Virus record (IMG/VR): IMGVR_UViG_3300027811_000002
Location: 1 to 38,313 of that record
Strand: one strand, 5' to 3'
From: a virus
Lineage: Duplodnaviria; Caudoviricetes
Length of the DNA: 38,313 bases
In this document: positions 1-6,771 of the stretch, one piece after another
Layout of the letters: each line of letters starts with the position of its first letter
Position numbering within the stretch: the first letter of the stretch is position 1
Translations under genes and position numbers: made by a program
The notes under the pieces: generated by a model
Seen by the model: the letters and a program-made list of their open reading frames with translations, nothing else
The model's database searches: none
What the model was told of the DNA's origin: nothing

Positions 1-127
1 GGTGAAACATTCGCGTGTCGATTGTGCGGCGGCGGTCGCTCGCGCCATTCAGATCGCTGAAAGAAGGAGTGAAAAAGGTGAACAGAGAGATGAAGTTTGA
101 GATGCGGGAGCTGCCGGTTGCAGACTT
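1..127 (+). repeat. Terminal direct repeat, left copy (circular assembly overlap)
   Basis: ggtgaaacattcgcg...ccggttgcagactt is identical to 38187-38313. Confidence 0.97.
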
Positions 128-1667
128 GATCCCCACGCCCGACAATCCGAGGAAACTGGACAGGAAGTCGGAGAGGTTTCTGGAGCTGAAGGCCAGCATC
201 GCGGGCGGAGGCGTCCGATGCCCCGTCGCCGTGCGGCCGCATCCGACAGAGACGGGCAAGTGGGACCTGCGCTACGGCCAGCGCCGCCACGCGGCATGCG
301 AGGAACTCGGCCTCGCGACGATGCCGTGTCTCGTCTACCTCGATCTGGCCGATGAGGAGGCCTATGACCTCACGCTCGAGGAGAACCTCCACCGGGACGA
401 TCTGACGCCCATCGAGCAGGGCCGCGCCGTAGCCATCGCCCTGGAGCACTGCGGCGGCGACCGGAAGGCCGTCGCGGCCCGGATGGGCGTTACCGAACGC
501 TGGGTCGCGCTTCGGGCGAGGCTCCAGGAATTGAGCCTGGCCTGGCAGAAGGCAATCACAGATCCGAAGCACAAGGCGCGTTCGCTGAGCGTCGGCCACC
601 TCGTGGCGCTGGCGAAATACCCGGCGGAGCTCCAGGACGGCATCCTGAACGCCCAGAGAGATTACCTCTACGAGTGGTCGCTGCCGGCCTGGGAGAAAAT
701 GCTCGCTTCGAGCTGCGAGCGAAAGCTCAGCGGCGCGAGATGGAAGCTCGACGACGAGACGCTCGTGCCCGAGGCCGGCGCCTGCGCGACCTGCCCGCAC
801 AGAGCCAGTCTCCAGGGCGTCCTCTTCGCCGACGACGAGGCGAAGCTCAAGCGCAACGATCGCTGCCTCAACCCGAGCTGTTGGGAGGAGAAGGAGAAGG
901 CGGCCCTGAAGCGGCGCTTGGCAGAGGCCACGGCAGCCGAGGGAAGCGTGGTCGTCGTCGCTGGAGACGCCGGCTATAGCGAGCAGGAGCTTGCCGCCGC
1001 GGTGTTGGGCGTCCAACCGAAGCAAGCATACATCTTCGAGCCATGCAAGAAAAGTGCTCCGGGCGCGATCGCCACGTTCATCGCAACCGGCCCGAAGGCC
1101 GGCACAGTCGAATGGGCCAAGCCCAGGAAGGGCTGGGAGGACGAAGCGAAGGGCTCCAGAGTGGGCGACGATGGGAAGCGTCTGCCGACATCACTGGCTG
1201 AGCGGAGGAAACGGCTCAAGAGACGCCGGGACGCCCTGGCAATCCAGCGCGTGGCCGAGCTGCTGACGAAGGCAGGGCCTCCCGAGCATCTCCTCGAGTT
1301 GCTCGCAGCCTTCGGAACCCGGCACGGCGAGCAGGATCAGCGCGACATGAGCGCCTGGAAGGCCTTCGACGCCGCGGTCGAGAGCGGCGCGAATGCGGAG
1401 TGTTGGAGCAAGCTCTGGGCCAAGGTTGCCGATCTTCTGGGCTTCAGGCTCCAGATCGCGAGCGATTCGGGCTCGTTCATCCCCATTCTGGAGGTCGAAC
1501 GGGTCGCCATGCTGATCGGCGCGGACATGAAGGCCATCGTGGCCGCCGTCGAGCGCGACTTGCCCGAGCCGAGGTCGTGGGCCAGTCTGAACGCGGACGG
1601 GACGCCGAAGAAGCATTCGGAGGCCCCCGAGGCCAAGCCGAAGCGGAAGAAGGCGGGATCCGAATGA
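78..1667 (+). CDS. ParB/RepB/Spo0J-family protein with Cys-rich middle region
   Basis: LIPTPDNPRK, YGQRRHAA (arginine-patch-like), EENLHRDDLTPIEQ, HTH, then GACATCPHR...RCLNPSC. AAGGAG precedes GTG78; ATG90 or ATG102 are alternative starts. Confidence 0.85.
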   Translation: MNREMKFEMRELPVADLIPTPDNPRKLDRKSERFLELKASIAGGGVRCPVAVRPHPTETGKWDLRYGQRRHAACEELGLATMPCLVYLDLADEEAYDLTLEENLHRDDLTPIEQGRAVAIALEHCGGDRKAVAARMGVTERWVALRARLQELSLAWQKAITDPKHKARSLSVGHLVALAKYPAELQDGILNAQRDYLYEWSLPAWEKMLASSCERKLSGARWKLDDETLVPEAGACATCPHRASLQGVLFADDEAKLKRNDRCLNPSCWEEKEKAALKRRLAEATAAEGSVVVVAGDAGYSEQELAAAVLGVQPKQAYIFEPCKKSAPGAIATFIATGPKAGTVEWAKPRKGWEDEAKGSRVGDDGKRLPTSLAERRKRLKRRRDALAIQRVAELLTKAGPPEHLLELLAAFGTRHGEQDQRDMSAWKAFDAAVESGANAECWSKLWAKVADLLGFRLQIASDSGSFIPILEVERVAMLIGADMKAIVAAVERDLPEPRSWASLNADGTPKKHSEAPEAKPKRKKAGSE

Positions 1668-2008
1668 TCCGGTTCCACTACCGCACGGTGGCTGAGGAGC
1701 ACCGCGTCGGCCTCCGGTCGCTCAGGCCCGGGACGCGGCTCTGCGAGGTCTATTCCACCGAGTCGCTTGAGGAGCTGCTGGCCTGGGGCCGGCGATACGG
1801 CTTTCGGCCGACTGTGATGCACTACGGCGCGATCCCGCATTGGGATTGCTGGGGCCGGATGCTCGCCATCTTGCGGGAGGAGATCACGGAGGGGCGGGAC
1901 AGGATCGCCGCCGACGCGGCCTTCCAGGCGGACGTCGAGCTGTGGCAACGACAGCGGCAGGCGGAACGGCAATCAGTGCCATGCTGCCTGGTGCCTGAAG
2001 GAGGGTAG
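1664..2008 (+). CDS. Small phage protein, DUF4031-like
   Basis: ATGA overlap with the upstream stop. ESLEELLAWGRRYG...PHWD resembles the DUF4031 pattern (recalled, not searched). Confidence 0.55.
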   Translation: MIRFHYRTVAEEHRVGLRSLRPGTRLCEVYSTESLEELLAWGRRYGFRPTVMHYGAIPHWDCWGRMLAILREEITEGRDRIAADAAFQADVELWQRQRQAERQSVPCCLVPEGG

Positions 2009-2013
2009 CCCCG

Positions 2014-2790
2014 ATGAGTCACCGCCCGCGATTGCTCGACCTGTTCGCCGGCGCTGGCGGCGCGGCCATGGGCTATCACCGCGCAGGCTTCGAGGTCGTG
2101 GGCGTGGACATAAAGCCTCAGCCGCGTTACCCGTTTGAGTTCCACCAAGCGGACGCGCTCACGTTCCCCGTGCAGGGTTTCCAAGCGATTCACGCGTCCC
2201 CGCCTTGCCAGCGCTACTCCACGTTGCGGCATCTGCCTTGGCTGAAAGGGCGAGAGTACTGGGACTCCATCCCGCCGACCCGCGCTTTTCTACAGGCGTC
2301 GGGCCTGCCGTGGCTGATCGAGAACGTGGAGTTCGCGCCTCTTTGCGGGATCATACTGTGCGGCACGATGTTCGGCCTGCCGATCTATAGGCACCGCCGA
2401 TTCGAGGCGAGCTTCCTGTTGATGGCACCCGACCACGAGAAACACCAGGTGCACTACCCCAAGCGGGATATCGTTGACGATGACGGCGTGACGCGAAAGG
2501 TATCGGACCTTTCCAGGGTCAACGCCAGTCGCTCCGCTTGCGGTGGGCAGCACATCCTCATGCGCGAACTCTACGACCGGAGCCACTGCAAGGATGACAA
2601 AAGCCGGCTCAACACTTGGGGCGAGACTGGCATCGCCGGGCGCCACGGCGGCGTGGCGCTGAAGCGTGCCGCCATGGGCATTGATTGGATGACGGGCGCC
2701 GAACTCTCGCAGGCGATTCCGCCGGCGTACACGGAATGGATCGGCCGGCAACTGATGAGATGGCTGAGGGAGGCCCGCTGCGATGCCTAA
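2014..2790 (+). CDS. Orphan DNA (cytosine-5)-methyltransferase, short phage type
   Basis: Motif I LLDLFAGAGG, catalytic motif IV ASPPCQ, motif VI IENV, RHRRFE, C-terminal LSQAIPPAYTEWIG. Confidence 0.88.
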   Translation: MSHRPRLLDLFAGAGGAAMGYHRAGFEVVGVDIKPQPRYPFEFHQADALTFPVQGFQAIHASPPCQRYSTLRHLPWLKGREYWDSIPPTRAFLQASGLPWLIENVEFAPLCGIILCGTMFGLPIYRHRRFEASFLLMAPDHEKHQVHYPKRDIVDDDGVTRKVSDLSRVNASRSACGGQHILMRELYDRSHCKDDKSRLNTWGETGIAGRHGGVALKRAAMGIDWMTGAELSQAIPPAYTEWIGRQLMRWLREARCDA

Positions 2791-2801
2791 GGACCCGTCC
2801 A

Positions 2802-3179
2802 ATGAAGAACCGGCGCATGACCGAATGCCAATGGCACGCGATGTTACTGCTCAATGAGAACCGCACTCTTGCCGTGCGCTGTCTGGCGGCCAAGAGCACG
2901 TTGGCCGCATTATGGCGCCGCGGGTGGATATGCGTGGGACCACTAGATGGCGCGCTCGGTCTCACAGGGCAAGGCGAGAAGGCCCTCCTGCGCGAGCGGA
3001 TTGCCAGACGCCTCATCACAACCCGTGCGGTTACTACGCGAAAGCGAGCTCTGACAGAGTTCTCGGGATGCGATTTTCCCGTTGCGACGGCGACGGGCAC
3101 GATCTGTGTGAGTCGTGCAGGTTGCGATCAGACCGGTAGCACGGTCAATGTCCTGGAGAGGAAGGGCCATGAGCTATGA
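2802..3179 (+). CDS. Hypothetical protein
   Basis: Open frame filling the gap between co-oriented genes. No motif; codon usage less GC3-biased than neighbours. Confidence 0.35.
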   Translation: MKNRRMTECQWHAMLLLNENRTLAVRCLAAKSTLAALWRRGWICVGPLDGALGLTGQGEKALLRERIARRLITTRAVTTRKRALTEFSGCDFPVATATGTICVSRAGCDQTGSTVNVLERKGHEL

Positions 3180-3528
3180 CGAGAAGATCGCGATGCTGGT
3201 GGAATTGGTGGATGGGATCGCACGGAGGGCGGCGGAGCTCCAGGCCGAAATCGCTCGGCTATCGGCCTGCCGTCGGAGCCTCTACTGCCCGCACTGCGCG
3301 GAGAGCTTTGATGATGGGGAGACCTTTGACGGTGCGCTCGGCAGGGTGGAGGTTCGGGCCGGTCTCGGGTGCCCGGCATGTGACGAGGCGCGGCTTGAAC
3401 TGGTGCTCTACTTCCCGAACGAGCCAGCGGAAGGAGATAGTGAGCAGAGCCTACTTCCTCAAGCGCTTCGGCCGCGACCTGCGGCCTGGGGAGATTGTCA
3501 AGTTGCCGTAGGGAGGCGAGATGCCTGA
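3169..3528 (+). CDS. Hypothetical zinc-finger protein (coiled coil + CPHC...CPAC)
   Basis: Purine-rich SD GAGAGGAAGG before ATG3169; two CxxC pairs. Confidence 0.6.
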   Translation: MSYDEKIAMLVELVDGIARRAAELQAEIARLSACRRSLYCPHCAESFDDGETFDGALGRVEVRAGLGCPACDEARLELVLYFPNEPAEGDSEQSLLPQALRPRPAAWGDCQVAVGRRDA

Positions 3529-3569
3529 CCTATGCGTCCACTTCAAACTCGGCTCGTGAGGAGAGGCGC

Positions 3570-4337
3570 GTGGGGGCGGCCGCAAGCGACTGGGCTTTCG
3601 AGCAGTCGGCCGCTCGCGGCGCAGACCGCAATGTGCTCCTGGCGCTGGCGGATTGGGCGGATGGTGAGGGCTTGTGCTTCGGGAGCCTCCAGCGGATCGC
3701 CAAGCGAGCCGGCATCCACCGTAGAACGGCGATGCGGGCGCTCGTGAGGCTCGAGGCGGCCGGGCTGGTGAAGCGCATCCATCATCGCGTGAACCGCTCG
3801 CGGCGACAGGCCGAATTGCCAGGGATGGAGACCTCGCACATCGAGCACTTGAAGAACACGTTCCTCTTGTCGCTCGGGCGGCCAGCGGAGCTCCTGGATC
3901 AGCTCCAGGCGGCGGTCGAAGCCGGGGAATTGTGGCCGGCGACCCAGCGGCATCCGGCGGCAGGGGGTAGGGGCAAATTGCCCCTACCCGGTAGGGGCGG
4001 ATTGCCCCTACCGGTAGGGGCAGGATGCCCCCAGGGTAGGGGCAAATTGCCCCTACCCCCTCATGAAGAGGATCTAGAACCGGATGGAACCGGACAAAGA
4101 ACAAGAAGGCAACACGTCCGATCGCGGCGAACCCGAATCGCAGAACTAAGAGCCTGGCTCAAGAGGAGAGGCATCCTCTACGGCCATTACGGCGGGCACG
4201 TCTACGAGCTCCGCCTGGCCCCCGATGGGCAGGCCGTGTGTTGCGTCGATCTCGCAGATGGCCAGCGGAGGCAGATCGATCGCGAGTACGAAATCGAATC
4301 GCTCGGGCGGATCTCTGAGGAGATGGAGGCTTCATGA
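3570..4337 (+). CDS. Phage replication initiator, N-terminal helix-turn-helix (HTH_36-like)
   Basis: GAGGAG then GTG3570. DWAF...RNVLLALADWADGEGLCFGSLQRIAKRAG...RALVRLEAAGLV; carries internal iteron-like repeats. Confidence 0.75.
   Translation: MGAAASDWAFEQSAARGADRNVLLALADWADGEGLCFGSLQRIAKRAGIHRRTAMRALVRLEAAGLVKRIHHRVNRSRRQAELPGMETSHIEHLKNTFLLSLGRPAELLDQLQAAVEAGELWPATQRHPAAGGRGKLPLPGRGGLPLPVGAGCPQGRGKLPLPPHEEDLEPDGTGQRTRRQHVRSRRTRIAELRAWLKRRGILYGHYGGHVYELRLAPDGQAVCCVDLADGQRRQIDREYEIESLGRISEEMEAS
3965..4058. repeat. Four palindromic iteron-like repeats GGTAGGGGC-N4-TGCCCCTACC (putative ori)
   Basis: GGTAGGGGC half-sites at 3966, 3990, 4013 and 4035. Copies 1 and 4 are both GGGTAGGGGCAAATTGCCCCTACCC; an A-rich stretch follows. 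Confidence 0.85.
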
Positions 4338-4624
4338 GGCGCGACCCTGACGTGGAGCGGCCGAGGATCGTTGCCGAGTACCTGCGGGTGGCCGAGGCCG
4401 CGGCGTACCTTGGTGTGAGCGCGCGGACCTTTCTTTCGATGCGGCAGCGGAAGGGGATCGCAGCCTTCCGGTTCGGAGGCGCCCAAGGGCCGCCACACTT
4501 CAAGCGATCCGATCTGGATGCTTGGGCAGAGCGGTTCCGCGAGGGGCATTGCGATGGCGATCGCGAGATCGGGAAGCTGCCGGCGAAGGCGAGCGTGGGC
4601 TCGTGGGCTGAGGCCCTGCGATGA
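4334..4624 (+). CDS. xis: Excisionase-like HTH protein
   Basis: YLRVAEAAAYLGVSARTF...FKRSDLDAW; directly upstream of the integrase; ATGA coupling. Confidence 0.8.
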   Translation: MRRDPDVERPRIVAEYLRVAEAAAYLGVSARTFLSMRQRKGIAAFRFGGAQGPPHFKRSDLDAWAERFREGHCDGDREIGKLPAKASVGSWAEALR

Positions 4625-4629
4625 GAGGA

Positions 4630-4657
4630 TTGACATGCGTCCCTGGCGCCGTAGAAT
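4630..4657 (+). promoter_or_regulatory. Sigma70-type promoter for the integrase
   Basis: TTGACA (4630-4635), 16-bp spacer, TAGAAT (4652-4657), between xis and int. Confidence 0.7.
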
Positions 4658-4696
4658 GAGAGGCGGCGTGCGTTGCCATCGGGATTGGAGGACCAG

Positions 4697-5830
4697 ATGG
4701 CACGCGTGAGAGAGATCCGAGGGAGGCTGTACGCGGAGTGGTGGGATCCGAGGCGCCGTCAGACGGTCAAGATGCGTTGGCGCGGCTCGGCCCGGGAGGG
4801 CGAACGCTTCGCCCGCGAGAGGCAGGTCGAAGCCGACCGGCGAAAGTTCGAGCGCCTGGATCTCGTGTCGAACGAAGTGGAGCTGGCGCCCTTGATCGCG
4901 GCGTGGCGAGCCTATCTCCAAGGCCGAGCGAGGCCTCGAACGTGGGAGAGCTATTCGCTCGGGCTTCGGACCATCCTCGGGTGGATGGACGCCACGGGGC
5001 GACCGACTCGGCTCGTGTCGGATCTGGAGCTGGATGCCGTGGAGGCGTGGAAGGCGGAGGCGATGGAGAAAGGGATTCCGCCGGCGTGCAGGCCCATGGC
5101 GACCGCGACGGTTGCGAGGCGAGTCGGTGCGCTCGTGGCAGTGCTGAACTGGGCCGTGCGGATGAGGCGCATCGCGTCGAATCCTCTCGCGGGATGGACG
5201 GCGCCCAGGGGCCGCACCAGGAGAGAGCGGCAGCCGTTGACAGCCTTCGAGGTGGCCAAGCTCTTGGAGGCATCCCGGGGGCAGCTGGCGGAGCTCTGGC
5301 ACGTCTTCCTGCACACGGGCATGCGGTCGGGCGAGCTGCGGGCAATCGAGTGGCCCGACGTGGACTGGGAGCGTAGCGAGATCCGTGTCAGGGCCGAGAT
5401 CAGCAAGAGCAAGCGAACGAGGTTCATCCCGATGAGTGCGACCGTGCGAGCCATCCTGGATTCGCTGAGGCTGCGCCTGGCGGAGCGGCCAGACACTGAG
5501 GAGGCCAGACGATGGGTCTTCGTCCAGCCGAACGGGCGGCCCTGGCTGGCGAACCTATCGAGAGTGCTCAAGCGATGCCTGGCGAAGGCCGGTGTGCGTC
5601 GGGACGCGGATCTCCATACCTTCAGGCATACGTTCGCGAGCGAGCTGATTCGCCGCGGCGCGGATGTGCGGACGCTTCAAGCCCTTCTGGGCCATGCATC
5701 CGCGCGTACTACCCTGGAGCACTACGCTCACCTGTTTCAAGATCGCGCCGCCGAGGTCGTCGGGCTTTTGGACGGATTCGGCGAACGCATGGCAACGGAT
5801 GAGCGCCTGGCCAGCGCCGCGAGTAGCTGA
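4697..5830 (+). CDS. int: Tyrosine integrase
   Basis: HTGMRSGEL (R), SKSKRTR (K), LHTFRHTFAS (HxxR), LLGH, HYAH (Y). GGAGG SD before ATG4697. Confidence 0.95.
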   Translation: MARVREIRGRLYAEWWDPRRRQTVKMRWRGSAREGERFARERQVEADRRKFERLDLVSNEVELAPLIAAWRAYLQGRARPRTWESYSLGLRTILGWMDATGRPTRLVSDLELDAVEAWKAEAMEKGIPPACRPMATATVARRVGALVAVLNWAVRMRRIASNPLAGWTAPRGRTRRERQPLTAFEVAKLLEASRGQLAELWHVFLHTGMRSGELRAIEWPDVDWERSEIRVRAEISKSKRTRFIPMSATVRAILDSLRLRLAERPDTEEARRWVFVQPNGRPWLANLSRVLKRCLAKAGVRRDADLHTFRHTFASELIRRGADVRTLQALLGHASARTTLEHYAHLFQDRAAEVVGLLDGFGERMATDERLASAASS

Positions 5831-5890
5831 GAACAGCTCGGGAACCCAACGTGAGTGGAGTCAAGGACATGTGCAGGCGAGCCGGGTTAT

Positions 5891-5941
5891 GGCGACGGAT
5901 TGCAAATCCGTTATCCGCCGGTTCGAATCCGGCTGCCGCCT
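5891..5941 (+). other. attP core: 3' portion of tRNA-Cys(GCA)
   Basis: Anticodon arm ACGGA-TTGCAAA-TCCGT, T-arm GCCGG-TTCGAAT-CCGGC, acceptor 3' strand TGCCGCC plus U discriminator. No complementary 5' acceptor strand; 60 bp downstream of int. Confidence 0.88.
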
Positions 5942-5970
5942 CAATTCGCAAATCGATGCAACGCACGCTC

Positions 5971-6008
5971 GGGCAGGCAGTTGCGGAGCAATTGCCTGCC
6001 CTTTTCTC
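5971..6008 (+). terminator. Intrinsic terminator after attP
   Basis: GGGCAGGCAGTTGC-GGA-GCAATTGCCTGCCC stem followed by TTTTCTC. Confidence 0.75.
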
Positions 6009-6118
6009 TGCCATGGCACCCCCCCATCATTCGCGCAACGCGCCTACTTTTAGGCATCCGGCAGCGACCGGCGGCGGTCGCACCGAGCGCCCTACCAGCG
6101 CGACCCCAGGCCTGCGAG

Positions 6119-6160
6119 GGGTCCTTTTTCGGCCGGCGCCCCCGTGGGGGCACACCGAAC
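6119..6160 (+). promoter_or_regulatory. Putative cos region (cosQ-like GGGTCCT + near-palindrome)
   Basis: GGGTCCT at 6119-6125 matches lambda cosQ. GCCCCCGTGGGGGC at 6138-6151; immediately upstream of the terminase operon. Confidence 0.5.
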
Positions 6161-6188
6161 AGTCCCCCATAGCAAGTGACTTTCTTTC

Positions 6189-6746
6189 ATGCCAACCCCC
6201 GCACGAGACATCCTGCGCGACCTAGTAGCCGGTGGAAAACGGCCCAAACCCTTCCGGCGCATTGTCGGCCAGCTCGCCGATGCTGTAGCCAACCTCTGCA
6301 TCGCTGGATATGAGCTCGAGGCCCTGACCGAGATGGTCGCCGAGCATTACCCAAACCTCAGAGCCACGGACGCATTCGTCTTCATTGGCGCGGTCGATCG
6401 CAAACTCTCGGAAGCCGGCCTCTTCCGGCCGGGGCATGTCCTCCTCGAGGCCATCCAACGGCTCGACGCCTGCTATAGCGCCGCTGCTCCAGAGGATCCG
6501 GTCGGCGCCGCGGGAATCGCCGTCAAGAAAGTGGGCATCCTCGGCATCGGCAAAACCTCATTCGGCACTGTCGATGATACGAACGCTGAAGCTGGCCAGG
6601 AAGCGGCCAACGCACGAGCTCATCTCGCCTCTATCAACGTTGGGCCTCCCGAGGCGCCCCTCGCAGAACTCGCGCGCCTCGCCGCTTCCGCGGTGATCCA
6701 TCTGAGAAGCAAGATGCGTCTGGCCGAGAAGGAGAAGCAAGGGTGA
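6189..6746 (+). CDS. Hypothetical protein in the small-terminase position
   Basis: 185-aa ORF between the putative cos and TerL; no recognisable motif. Confidence 0.55.
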   Translation: MPTPARDILRDLVAGGKRPKPFRRIVGQLADAVANLCIAGYELEALTEMVAEHYPNLRATDAFVFIGAVDRKLSEAGLFRPGHVLLEAIQRLDACYSAAAPEDPVGAAGIAVKKVGILGIGKTSFGTVDDTNAEAGQEAANARAHLASINVGPPEAPLAELARLAASAVIHLRSKMRLAEKEKQG

Positions 6747-6771
6747 TGATTGTTTTTGCCGATCTCCGGGC

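Noticed and set aside
1-127. Biological direct terminal repeat of the virion DNA
   Set aside because: The length equals a common assembler k-mer, it cuts through coding sequence, and a separate cos-like site lies by the terminase.
3965-4058. Mini-CRISPR or REP array
   Set aside because: The palindromes abut without spacers and lie inside a replication-initiator gene, which fits iterons.
5872-5944. Full-length functional tRNA-Cys gene
   Set aside because: The upstream bases (TGCAGGC) do not pair with the 3' acceptor strand TGCCGCC and there is no CCA; it is better explained as an attP fragment.
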